Assembly: GCF_006345805.1 (NCBI RefSeq)
Contig: NC_042998.1
Span: 128,092,001 to 128,156,000 of the forward strand
Reading direction: 5' to 3'
DNA from: Octopus sinensis
Lineage: Eukaryota
Length of the DNA stretch: 64,000 bases
Part shown: positions 11,499-24,776 of the stretch, piece by piece
Layout of the letters: every line of letters starts with the position of its first letter
How positions within the stretch are numbered: position 1 is the stretch's first letter
Notes under the pieces: generated by a model
Told to the model about the DNA's origin: nothing
Seen by the model: only the letters and a program-made list of their open reading frames with translations
The model's database searches: none
Program-made: the position numbers and the translations under genes

Positions 11499-12050
11499 AA
11501 TGTGTGTGTGATGAGAATGTAAATGTTTACTTGGCTGTATGATTGTGTGTATTTGCATGCATATAATTTCTAATATATATTAGACAACTTTGCGTTTCTA
11601 AGATATTCATGAATAATTCACAAGTTATTTTTCCCTTGAAATACCCTATGTTTTTGCACCACCACACGTCAAATTACAGAGTATGGAAATCTTTTTCGTG
11701 TACATAATTTATATCTACACACATACATTACATACACATACATACATCTATATACATACATACATACATATATACACACACATACATATATATGCACACA
11801 CGCATACACACATGTACATACACACATATTTACGTATATATATGTAAGTATCCATATGTAATATATATATACATACCTGCATACATACATACATAGGTTT
11901 GTGTATGTATATATTTGTGAATCCTTATGCTTGTGTCTATAAACACGGATACATAGAAAAGAGAGTTGTGTGTGTGTGCGTGTGTGTGGTGTGTGTTTGT
12001 GTGTGTGTGCATGTGTATGTGTGTGTGTGTGTGTGGTGTGTGTTTGTTTG
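10970..12050. repeat. Compound CA/TA/GT microsatellite field
   Basis: Long interleaved (CA)n, (TA)n, (ACAT)n and (GT)n tracts. Confidence 0.9.
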
Positions 12051-14110
12051 CTGTTAGCTCTTTTGTTATTTATGTATGATTTTCACCTTTTATCCTCAAT
12101 AAATATAGTACTTCTTTAGTCGTCACGAAGCACGAATCTCTTTTTTTAAAGCATATCGTGGGAAGCTATTTAGAAGCTGATCTCCTAACGCTATAAATAT
12201 TCCCAGAAGTAAACCTCCCTGAGTATAGAAAAAATAGATAAGAAAAGCAAGCAATGCCGAAAAAGAAGCGATAATCCCCCATCCAACCATCTTAACCTCT
12301 GACTTTCGATCGTAGTTTTCGACTGGTTTTCACTTCAATTAAGTTGCTCATGCTTTTGAAGAACACAAGCCTGCAGTCTAATTTTATTTCCTTGTTTACA
12401 CTTCCTGCATGCATTTCTTGCTTTCAACATGCGTAAGGCCGTAAAGCTATCAATCTTCTGGTGAATAGCGATCCGTAAAATACGTTATTTGCTCGTAGTG
12501 AGCAATATTTTCAGAATAGTTTCGAATCAAATTTGAGGTATTTTACACCACTTATATCCGGTGGAAAAGCACCCAATTTCTAATATTTTTTATTCCTTCT
12601 TTCGTTAAATTTTAATTTGTACATTTGAACACCCGTTGTGCATTCAGAGTGCAACTCGTTCTGCGTTTTTCTGATATAAATTATGTGAGCCAAGAAAGAT
12701 CCTCTGAAATGCTACAAAATGATAAATCGATGAAAAATCTTTTCCCTTGAAATAACCTTATGTTTTTGCACCTCCTCGCATCAAATTACAGAGTATGAAA
12801 GCCGATATAGCTTAGCGTCTGTGTCATTGCCTTAGAACGCAAAGATCCATAACATACCTCCAGGAATCTAATCAATGGCTTTATCAATTCCTCTAATTAC
12901 CTCCTAGCATGGTTCTTTTCTCATTCACGCAAATATTTTATTTTATTAATTGTTGCTAACCATCTTCGTAGTGTTGAGTTTATGCTCATGGTGGACTATT
13001 TCTCGACGTTGTTTTGGTTCTCGGGTTGGCACCTTATTCATTTCATTTACTTTAGAGACACTCTTCATAACACAATGAGTAAAATTATGATTATCTCACC
13101 TCCTTTAAAAAAACGTTGTCTCCTTGTGCTTATGCAAAAAGAATTACGACAGTTTTAATCCTTTTAGGATAAGGTGGTAATACACAGAACAATACTTAAG
13201 ACTAAATACCTTCCATGAATATTTTCGTCCACTAAAGTGGTTCCTAAAGAAGATGCCACTGCTATACAGACAGCGGTGTCGGAAATCTTCAAAAGACGTT
13301 GTAAATATTCATAAGGAGCCATGTTTTTGGGGGGTTTTTTTTGTTATTCCATTGGACATTTCCAAATTTATTTTCTTTCTATACTATTGTCTTCTTTATA
13401 GCACTATAGAGTAGATCGCTATTGTTCTGCATTTGCTCCATGTCCTCCTTGATGTTGTAAACCTATCTCCAAAGACATTCCAGTCATGAGCATCCATCCT
13501 GTTTCCTATGTACAGGCACTTCCGGGCCACATTGTTATGTGGGTGTGATGTAATGTGTATTTGGCTTCTATTTATCGTAAGTAGATCAAATATGTAGAAA
13601 TCTTCTGGTTAGCCTATCGAATAAGGAGGTGAATTGAAAACACCTGAGAATCACATCTCAATATTATCAAATTAAATACTGACATCATAGTTAACCTTTG
13701 ACACTTTCAAATTGAAAGAAAATATAATTTTCAACTGTTAATTGCAAAGGGGATATTTCTGACTTTCTTGTGAGTATTTGTGTAATTAATGACAGAGAGA
13801 GGTTCCAACTCGAAATTACAACCAGGCTGTGCTATTGTATTTTCAAAATCTTACCCTTACATTTGTTGCTTTCCACAGCCTTTTGAAATATAACGAATAT
13901 TTCTCATGCAGCTTAACCAAAATCACTGAAACTTTATTTCCATTCAAGCTCATTCATGTTAGTGTGTTTTTTTACTCTTTACTCTCGACCTCTTTGCAAC
14001 CGTCTTGATAAAGAGGTTACAATAGACTCCACCTCATTTTATTTCAGCTGCGTAATTGTGGGGATTCCGAGTTCGATTCTAGGCAGTGACCTGAATAATA
14101 ATAATAAATA

Positions 14111-14202
<92 letters not shown>

Positions 14203-14206
<4 letters not shown>

Positions 14207-14752
14207 GCCCTGATGCAGTACCAGGCAGTGGCTCTCATGGCTTCTGATCTTAACTGATTGGAAGTGTTATCACGTACATTGTTTTGTCTTGGTATAAAAG
14301 ATGGGCTACAGCAAATATTCTGCTCAATACCACAGATTTGCTCGTCAGCTGTTTGACCTTAACCAGTTGAGCATGTCCCTTAGTGGCTGACGATATGTGC
14401 ATCTCTGATCACGAGCAGAAGTAGTGGGGGAGCATCATAGCCATGTGTTGAGAGGGATTTTTTGGGGTTTGAATAATTCACCTCTGGAAACATGGGTGGT
14501 TTTTTCAACATACTTAAACAACCCTTATTCAGGGACCGTTTGAGCGGGATGGGCTACTCAACCTGAAGAAAATTCTAACTGGGCCCCACCTGCAAGGTCA
14601 TGTACTGTTTATCTTGATATGAGATCACCGTGTCGCGCACATGTGGTTGTGATGCATGTGCCTGGTGTACCCTATCAGACGGGTAGTCATGATGGGTATA
14701 TTGGGCTTCGTATATTTTACCCCAGTGTCACTTTGATGGCATGCACTGCACT
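14203..14752 (+). mobile_element. 550-bp non-coding interspersed element flanked by (AAT)n, copy 1
   Basis: Runs aaatgccctgatgcagtacc...gcatgcactgc. Four more copies occur in the window. The strand is arbitrary, defined so that the flanks read AAT. Confidence 0.9.
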
Positions 14753-14763
14753 AATAATAATAA

Positions 14764-14825
<62 letters not shown>

Positions 14826-14932
14826 TAATAACAATAATAACAATAGCAATAACAACAACAACAACAACAATAACAATAACAATAATAATAATAATAATAA
14901 TAATAATATAATATAATAATAATAATAATAAT

Positions 14933-14966
<34 letters not shown>

Positions 14967-14990
14967 TAATAATAAAAACAACAACAACAA
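14753..14990. repeat. (AAT)n/(AAC)n microsatellite
   Basis: Long AAT run with AAC interruptions. Confidence 0.95.
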
Positions 14991-15040
14991 CATCAGAAAA
15001 CACCTTAGAAATGAGAACCCAGGTTCGAAATTTCCCCAAG

Positions 15041-15084
15041 ACACCTGATGAAAGCTGGAAAGTATATCAGCCGAAACGTTGTGT
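15041..15084 (+). ncRNA. Minimal Penelope-type hammerhead ribozyme motif (within a repeat at about 14991-15177)
   Basis: ACAC/GUGU stem I; CUGAUGA 15045-51 plus an extra A; stem II GCUG/CAGC with an A.C closing mismatch; GAAA-CG-UU with palindrome AACGUU. Confidence 0.6.
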
Positions 15085-15211
15085 TAACTACAAACAAGAT
15101 GAGGGCAAATATCCGTCAAATGTAAACCATGTAAATAATGTACAGAATTCCTCACCTCTTAAATATTGAACTGTAATATTTAGATTCATTCCTCTAGTTT
15201 TTCTACTAAAG

Positions 15212-15259
15212 TGGAGTTTAATCTTAATCTCTTCGAGGAGGCTACTGAAACACTTATGA
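15212..15259 (+). CDS. Candidate 48-bp exon (EFNLNLFEEATETLM)
   Basis: Acceptor tttttctactaaag, donor a|gtgagt, phase 1-1 open frame. Could be chance. Confidence 0.2.
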   Translation, partial: WSLILISSRRLLKHL

Positions 15260-16925
15260 GTGAGTGTCCATGTTTGAAAAACACAGATGGCTTACTCGAG
15301 AATGTGGTGAACAGCCAGTAGATGGATCCGAGCCTGTGCTCCGTGAATGTTATAGTGTTTTACTCCGAATCCAAAATACATTTCTTTCAATGGTGGTATC
15401 CACCAAGTTCAAGCTGGTACTACAGATAGTATAGTTCGCCACTGAAAGCAGCGACAGCACTCTAGGATCCATGAGTACTTCAGCACTTCATTGGTATATA
15501 ACGCAGTGTTCAATTATTCTTGTTTGGAAATCTATCTGCGATCGACTAGTGTGCTGTTATTAACATTACGAAAATCAGAAATAAAGAACACTCTCTCGAT
15601 AGGTTATTGCGATTCTGGAAAAAAACTTCGTTGAAGTACTAAATGCACATGTGTCAAACCAGTCAACTACACACCTCTACAACAAATACAAATTGGCAAC
15701 ATTTTAACCTCGTACCTTGTCAAACGGAATCAATAAATCGGCATATTATTGACCGAAAGGAAAAGTAAATAGCAGCTTCCAACATATATCTTGTCGTTGC
15801 TTTTATGAAGTATCTTTTAATATGTGAAACGACCCTTTAGCAAATACTAACGTATAGTTTTCAACTTTGAGATAACAGACGGTTTAATTATGCTCTCAAG
15901 AAGTTTTATCGATTCTTCATTACTTAAGTTTTGGCAATGTGAATTCAATGGTATACACCGATACACGTTATTTTTATTTCAACTTTCTCTTTACAGCGAA
16001 TATGTTCAATAAATTTAATAGTTCTATACATTATTCTAATGTGTCACGACTGTCTGACAAGACTTTAAAAACGTATAAAGAACTTGACTACAATAATTAT
16101 CTCAACTGAAGTTAGTACTGTTGAACAGAATCACCTGTTCTTTATTTATTGAAAAAGTAAGAAGAGTGTCAAGTGAATTTTAAAACATTTCTCAGAAATA
16201 ATTCTCGACTTTTTTTTTTTTTTACTACCAATCTGTTATAATTTGTGTTTAGAAAAACATGAAACCGTACTAAAAGATTATTTTCCTTATAAAAATGTGA
16301 TTGATAAGCCATCAGTTAAAGTTGTATTTTAGTATTCTTATATAATGCATCCTAGATGCAGTCACATTTTTCCTTGTTTCTCTACCTACTCTTGTTATTT
16401 ATGTAGCGTCTAATTGAGAAGAATATAAGTTATTGACGAGAAAGCTAGAGTATTGATGATGCCTTTCGCTACATTTTTTTTTCTTTTTGCTTTTAACTCT
16501 GCATTATTTTATTAATCTAATACATCTATATTTCTTCCTTTTTGTTTCGTTTGTATATCTTGCACTATGTTATTATGCCTATTTCATTGATTTCTAACTA
16601 TTTGTAAGTTTTCATTTCGTTTAATTCTATCCCTTTTTCTTTACTTAGCGTGATATCCGTGGTCTTTATTTAGTTTTCCATCTGTTTAAGGTTGCCTTGA
16701 AACAATTTGTAATCTAAAACTGATTCACTTTGGTCAATTCTTGTATTGTCTGCAGTTGTGTATCTAATAGTTTACCATCTGTAATAGGTATGCCTTTGAG
16801 ATCGTTCATATACAAAAGATGGTTTTGTAAGATTTGTATCCTAATTCCATCTGATTCAACATGTTACTTAACAGTGTAAACGGGTATAAGGGGATAGATA
16901 AAACAAGTGATTCCATGTAGAAAGT

Positions 16926-16926
16926 G

Positions 16927-16969
<43 letters not shown>

Positions 16970-16970
16970 C

Positions 16971-17006
<36 letters not shown>
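16926..17006. repeat. (AGAT)n microsatellite
   Basis: Near-perfect AGAT run. Confidence 0.95.
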
Positions 17007-18040
17007 GATATACATATTATCAATGTAATAACTTACTTTGAAGTTTCGCCGAAAGTAACTTCTCGAAATAGCATCTGGGGGTGGGGCGCACATTTCTGTA
17101 TTTGGATCTTCTTGGGTGGATATCTATTTTCATTGTAGTCGCCTCTAATGAAATCTTGTGTTCATTGATGTCTATAATATATTTATGTCTCAATTATTTT
17201 AACTGTTGGTAAAATACTTTGATTTCAACATTGTTTTAGCGTCTTTTTATTTTTGATGTCCGTTGGTACCAGAATTGAGAGCGTTACTTGATTTGTATTA
17301 AACGTACGTTGAGATAAGCAACTGAAATAATCTTTTTGTGTTGGTAGTATGGTTTTTCATTAATTCAATTTACTTTATTTATCTTCCTCTGTCTAATGCA
17401 TCTGGTGAGGATGTCTTTATGCTCTCTAGCGCAGCACACTTATTCAATTTTATTCATTTAACCGACAGATGTATACTAAACATCACCCAACGTTATAACA
17501 TATTTGAATGATACTGTCTTTCAGTTAAACCTTTCTACTGGATAGCACACCAGTCTATTGCATATTTACGCCACGAGAATTCGTGTTTCGTATGGCAACC
17601 GAATGACATACTGCCAGTCTAACGGTGCTGACTTTCTTGGCATTTTTTATGAGATGGCTTTTCCTAAGGTACTTATTAACATGAATATTGTCAGAGCTGG
17701 GATGGTGACGTGTGATAATGTAGTTTTGGCCGCAATAAGATATGCGTAAGCCGTGTAAACGAAATCCTGTTTTGATTCTGGTTTGAAACCCTTTTCTTTC
17801 AGATAAATTGATCTTTTGAAATTCTTCACAAAATTATCCTGTTTACATTCTCTTGAAAATTCAAAGCACGGAGAAACTCTGAAATATCATTCTAAACATA
17901 TCATAAAACACAAGGTTTCAGAAAGTATAATCTTGTTCATGTATAGCATTCAACTGATCATTTGTTTTGCTGACCATGTGTGTCATTGCCATTTACACCT
18001 CTTTCGTGACTGCACAGTATATACTACGATGATGATTATG

Positions 18041-18074
<34 letters not shown>

Positions 18075-18433
18075 CAAATTAATATACAACCGAAAGAGAT
18101 GTTATGATACTTTGAACATTTGAACAGGTATATTTATAAAACTCGCCATGTATCTTAAAGCAATCTTTCAGGCTCTGTTTATGCGTGTTATATATATATT
18201 TCTTTTAAAAAATCAAGGTCGCTGGTCAGTAAGAACATAAAGAAAGGGAAAAACATTGAAAAAAAAAACGTGAAGAAGGTTCGTGCAATACATAGAATGA
18301 GATAAAAAGAAACAAAATCAAGAATTACGATCCTCGCCCTCCCTGGTTGCAGAAAGTTCGTTAAATACAACTGATTTAGAACACAATAACAGAAAATATG
18401 TCTGCAAGACTCAATTCAGAGCGGGTGGTACAT

Positions 18434-18718
18434 TCTTTTATTCTTTTACTTGTTTCAGTCATTCGACTGCGGCAATGCTGGAGCACCACCTTGAAAGGCA
18501 CGTAAAGCACACTAACCCCATTTGTCAAGTGGTGATAGGGGAACAAACACGGACACAACACAAACACACTCACGCATATATACATATATATATATATATA
18601 GCTCACGAGGCTCTGGTCGGTCCGAGGCTATAGTAGAAGACACTTGCCCAATGTGCTACGCAGTGAGACTGAACTCGGAACCCTGTGGTTGGGAAGAAAA
18701 ATTTTACCACACAGCCAC
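18434..18718 (-). mobile_element. tRNA-derived SINE, family 2
   Basis: Same 3' end (cttttacttgtttcagtcatt) and head (cccgaggctatagtagaagacacttgccc) as 1472-3014. Confidence 0.85.
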
Positions 18719-18726
18719 ATATGGAA

Positions 18727-18777
<51 letters not shown>

Positions 18778-20531
18778 GTGTGTGTGTGTGTGTGTGCGTG
18801 TAAGCGTGTAAGTCTCTATCGTAATTATCAAGTGCTGTCCAGTACACTTTGGCAATATCCGTTCTGGTATATATTAAGCTTTCTAACTTGTTTTCCTTTT
18901 ATCCAATGCTTTCTATTTATACAAGGGTACATATCTTACGATAAAATGGTTCTAGTTGCAGCTAAGTTGGCGATACAGAACTAGTATTATATATAAAAAT
19001 ACTCGCAGTTTTTGTCTGCCTCCTAATTTCTCTTGCTTATCAGGCTCTCCTCAGTCGTACAAATGCATATAGCTAGAACTACACAACATAAATGATTGGG
19101 GTTTTTTTTTTCTAGTGATACGAGCAAAAAATAATTACTCTTCTGCAAAAGCTCTGAGGAAAATTTGAATATCAAACAATAGCGAAAGCTGAAAATCTAA
19201 TTTTTCTTGAGATAAGCCAGCATATGTAATTGAAATTAATCATTAGTTTCCACCACAGAGTCATGTTTTCTCCTGGACATTATATTAATCTACTTCAGAT
19301 TAATATTTTTTTTTCTCATTATTTATTGTATTGTTAACGACACAGCCGAAATCTCAGTGAGCGAAGTAAATAATAGAATCCTTCTATCATGCATAAGTCA
19401 ACAGTTTGTTTTAACTGTGATTAATTAACGTGGAGTACTGCTGCCGCCATCATTGTAAGGAGCTGAAGAACAGCATAATTTTTTTTCTTGATAGCTTGTC
19501 CGGAATATAGTTTGAAAAGAATATGAATATGAATAAGCATATTCATAAGAGTGTTTACAATGACAACCTCATAATCCAGTTTGTTGTTGTACATACCTAT
19601 ATGTTTAATAATGTGTATTTCATTGCTCCTTTTGGATAAGAAGGAAAAACGGCACCATTTCACCGTGAATGTATTTTTGAAAACTATAATGTCACAACAT
19701 TTCCTATCAGCTCCTTTGGGTTTCGTCAAAAACAAAGAATTATGACATTTGATTATGTTTAATGCAACGTTGTTTCATTTGTTTAGGAATGAGTGCTGAA
19801 TATTTTAAAGTGCATGAGTTAATGAAAATGTTCACCGCTTGTACTACGTCTAAGAGCATCAGCTTTATTATAATTTTATTCAGATCTAGGATATTTATAG
19901 GAATAATAAAGTGAACATAGAACTTTAAAATTATTTTATTTTATTGATCCCGTGAGGACAAGCAAAGTTGGCCTCCAGAATTTGAACTGACAACGAACGT
20001 AAAAAGTCAAACTAAGTTCCACAGACATTTGTTCAACCCTCTAAATATTATACCAAACAAATACATAAGATTTTTGTTAAAAGGTCAGCTATCTTTCTGA
20101 TCATCATTTCAACATTTCTAATAATAATGAATATTCAGTAGCTCCAAATACCATTATATATTGATGAAAGCCGATCTAGGTATCCTTAAAACTTGTTTTC
20201 TATTTTCGCTACGACATATATATGAAATGTATTTTAATATTTATTCAAAGTGCTGTTTCACTATTCAATGCAAGAAATTTGTTTTGAACGAAAGTTTTGA
20301 TATCTTAATTTTAGAGAATTTCACTTTTATACTGTTTTTTAAATTTTCAATTACATTTTAGTTTCTCAACTATTTCCAAGATACTCTGTTTCGTTAAACG
20401 GTACAAAATAACAATAAACTGTTATATGAAAAGAACCACAGTTTAATTCAATTTAATAAATAAGTTTTACTAAAACTGATTTCTTACAAATCATTTCAAA
20501 ACAAGGTCGTATATACATACATATACTCACA

Positions 20532-20690
20532 TGTGTGTGTGTGTGCGTGCGCGTGTGTGTGCGTGCGCGTGTGTGTGTGTGCGCGTGTGTGTGCGTGCGC
20601 GTGTGTGTGCGTGCGCGTGTGTGTGCGTGCGCGTGTGTGTGCGTGCGCGTGTGTGTGCGTGCGCGTGTGTGTGCGTGCGCGTGTGTGTAT
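20532..20690. repeat. 16-bp minisatellite (GTGTGTGTGCGTGCGC)n
   Basis: About 9 units, strictly alternating purine-pyrimidine. Confidence 0.9.
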
Positions 20691-21394
20691 GTGTCCATTA
20701 TCTCCCAAATCAATATAGTTGCGCATAGAATCGCCAAAAGATCAGGCATCATAAAGAATTACTAGATATCTATTAATATCCTGTAACGGAAACGATGTAA
20801 ATAATCTTGAATAAAATCAACACAGCTTATTCAACATTATGTTTATAATTTGTGTGCATACATCTTACAATGAAACCTGTTATATAAAGAAACGTCCTAA
20901 CAAACATTTCGCTGGTCTACACAACTGAAATTCCTATCCGCTGTCTACAAGGTAATATATAAGCTCATCAGACGGACTCAATATCAGTTCCTTAATCGAG
21001 CCTTCATTTGCAGAATCCTACAGGATTAACGAGGAAAACAAAGTCGTACCCAAACGTTAATCACACTGCCCACTCGCTGATGACAGATTGTGATAAATAC
21101 GGACAATCAAGCAGACATATTTAAAGGAAACTTTTGAAATATCTCAATCTAGAATTTTTCTCGGAAATCTGTGGTAACGTATTTATAGCTTATGAAGACA
21201 CTGTCTTAGCTCTTTCATATTTTAGGAAAAGGCTCAAAATTATTACAAAACAATATTCCTAAATCTGGAATATTTCTATTAAGGAATTATTGACACATTG
21301 TAAAATAAATATTATAAGTACAAATTTAATGACAAATTCTTTACAATATCTGTATCAACTACGTAACGAATACTTCTAAGAAATAACTTATTAT

Positions 21395-22670
21395 ACGTTT
21401 GCAAGGTCAGGGAACTCATTGTCAGAAGGATGCTGAGCACGTTTCTAGAAGAAAACAACATGTTCACAAACACACGACATGGCTTCCGTCGAGGGAGGAG
21501 CTGCCTCACACAGCTACTACAGCTTTATGACAGGGCACTGTAGCAATAGCTAAACAATGGAGCCGTATCAGAAACTGCGTGACCTTGGTATCGATGAAAA
21601 ACTAGAAATGGCTGATATTTTAAAAGGCAGAAGTCAAACAGTTTCAGCCAATTGTGCTCTCTTTGAGGAGATATCGGTTCTTGCAGAGTCCCTCAGGTAA
21701 CTGTCCTAGGACCACTACTGTTTGCGGTGTCTCTTTCATGCACCCTATCAGCCATAGTCAGCCACTTTCACCAGCTATACTGATGATCTAAAAGTATCAG
21801 TGGCCGTGAAACTGCAGGAAGACCTGAATGCAATATACAAATGGGCTGATGAAAATAATATACATTTCAATGCTGAGAAGTTTCAAGTTTCCACTGTTGC
21901 TCCACAAAACTGACTACAATCAAAATACACAGGACCAGTGAGTAGTGCAATCTCAGAGTCAGGGTCGCCACTTGACCTGGGAATAGACATAAGTAATGAT
22001 GCAATTTTCTATGTGCATATTACCAAAATCGAAACACTGTGCAGGCGAGTGGCTGGCTGGATTTTGATACCATTCAAAACTTCCACTCTTATTTGCCTGG
22101 ATTACAGCTCCGAAATGCAGTCACCGCAGAGCATGAAACAGGTGGTCGAATTCAAGGCAATCCAGCGCCACTATACTAAGAAGTTTGACTCGGTGCAACA
22201 GAATAGATACTGGGAGAGGTTACAAGAACTGAAGCTCCACTCCCTAGACAGAAGGCGCCGAAATATATTCAGTGATATACCTATGGAAGGTATGGGAAAG
22301 TCTAGCTCCCAGCTTTGGAATTGAAAACTTTACCAGCAACTTAACTGGACGGCATTGCATAGTACCAAAGATCCCGTCTTCCCCATCTTGAATAAGAACC
22401 CGGTACTTTAATAGCTTGGGTTTCAAGAACCTAGAACTAGTCAATATTCTGCCATACAACCTCAGAGAGTTGCGTGCTGTAGTTGTGGCGGCCTTCAAAT
22501 AACGCCTATACAAATTTTTATCTGAGATACCAGATAAACCCACATCGCGTCAGTGATCACAAAGGAGAGCAGCTACGTCCAATTCACTATTTCACCAAAA
22601 ACAATACAGAAAAGAAACCGAATCACACTGAAAGCGGTGCACTAGCATGGCCTCGACCTCTGGTCCAGTA
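21395..22670 (+). mobile_element. Decayed CR1/L2/Jockey-group LINE, RT and C-terminal region
   Basis: Broken frames give FLEENNMFTNTRHGFRRGRSCLTQLL, a degenerate PQGTVLGPLLF, and QRHYTKKFDSVQQNRYWERLQELKLHSLDRRR. Many stops and frameshifts. Confidence 0.85.
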
Positions 22671-24710
22671 AAAAAGATAAATGATGAAAGACGGTTTATC
22701 AAAAATACGGAAATACTTTTTCCACAACTTATATATTCTATGATAAAGATAAATATTAAAATTTAAGATGTCTTCATATCAAAGATTATCGTAGTTGTGA
22801 ATTTCTTGAAAACCTTCCTAATTTTATATTATATGGGAGTTTATTTAATGAGGAAAACATTCAAAATTTAAATTGTATTCAAATTTACCAGAACAAAAAC
22901 CAATATTCCCCATCGACATGTTAAAAATAATTGGCAGGTCTCCCTCAAATCCAGCTATTTCAGGAATAATAGATATGTTAGATATTGTATGCTGCGATAC
23001 AAAAAAAATATGGGATGTTTATAGCGAGGAGCATATTTGTTCATAATACTGCGCAATTGAGGCGACACTGGTTAGAAAATAATAGCAACTATATAATATT
23101 AGTATATGACATATATGCTTTCCAACAGCATGAATTAGAGACAAAACTAGATACGTTTTTTGTTTGTTTGTTTGTTTGTTTTTATTTGTTTTTTTACTGC
23201 CAATGGATACTAATCAATGAAAAGGCAATCTCGCCGTAAGTTTCTGAACTCCCAGCAAGTGAACTGCCGTGTAAATAGACTAGATGGTGTGTTTTTCGGA
23301 TTTAAGGATTTAAGGAGGGCATTCATTCTGTACTTCCCTCTTTCTTTCTCTCTCTCTCTCTCTCCAGATATACTTTCAAATTCAATTGTACACATACTAG
23401 GACTGAGAAAGAGAAATAATGTAAGGTAATATTTGTCTAAGATGTTATCTATGTCATATTTAGACATTAGGGCATATTTCAATTAGTTGGAATCCCCAAT
23501 TCAATAATGTATTGGAATACACGACAAAGTAAAATACAATGAGAATCGATGACAAATTTTATTTATATTTCATCGGAAATTTATAATTATATTTGGCAGT
23601 TTGTAGCTGTTTCTTAGTTGTAGGTTTTTAAAATAGATTTAAAATGGTTATTCTGAAACAAATCTAAGACTTTACATAATCAGAGAAACACCATACAATG
23701 CATCTGATAACCTGATTCGATTTCAGCTGAAGAAGTACATGCTCACAACGCAGAAAACTCCTAAATTGCCAGAAATCTCGTTAGCTGTTTGCGTTATAAA
23801 CGCTGACAAACACAAATCCACTTTACTATGTTATAAGCGATCGAAAATTTACCAAACGACATTTTGTATTCTTGTAATGCAATTCTTACTTGGCCATGAG
23901 AAGTCTGACTCGAAACTAGTTATATCTCATTAAGTTTGCGTATATAACACCTATTCCAGCACGAAGGACGACACTCATGGCACTTATCTACATACACACA
24001 CACAGGCTCATGTTACATATACACACATGCAACCATTCACAAATACACAGTTACGTACACAATAAGCATACGTATCCAGAGATAGATACAAATGGTTATA
24101 CAGAGATTGAATAACTAAATCGCACATGCTTCAATAACACAACCTTTCCCATATATGTATGTGTACGTGTATGTATATATATATTAGTAAATAAATGCAT
24201 CTGTAAGTATAGATATATGTGTGTGTATGTCTGAATGCATATATATGTGTGTATGTGTATAAACAGAAGCAAAATTATAATGTTAAATATTGTTGTATGC
24301 TCACAGTGAACCGACTGCAAATACGACACAACGTATCCCAAACATATAAAACTGAAAATTGGACATATAAATGAGGATATTCAAAGATATAGATGTGCTT
24401 ATATGGTTAAGTAGATACAGATAAACCTAAACAATTCATAAAAAAAGAAAAACTTAGATATACTCATTCACACACGCTCACACATGCGCGCGCATACACA
24501 CACACAGACGCACACACATTCGCGTGCATACACACAACGGCACATTGATGAGTACACCATTCATATTTGTACAGCAATGCTTGTCGACATATTCATTTTC
24601 TGTCTCTCTATCTCGCTCTTTATCTCTCCATACATACATGTAGACGTACATACAGATACATGTATATACATATATATATATATATATATGCATATACATA
24701 CACACACTCG

Positions 24711-24776
<66 letters not shown>

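Noticed and set aside
17039-17076. 38-bp minus-strand micro-exon candidate (cccccag ... gtaagt)
   Set aside because: All three frames are open, there is no partner exon and no recognisable peptide, so chance cannot be excluded.
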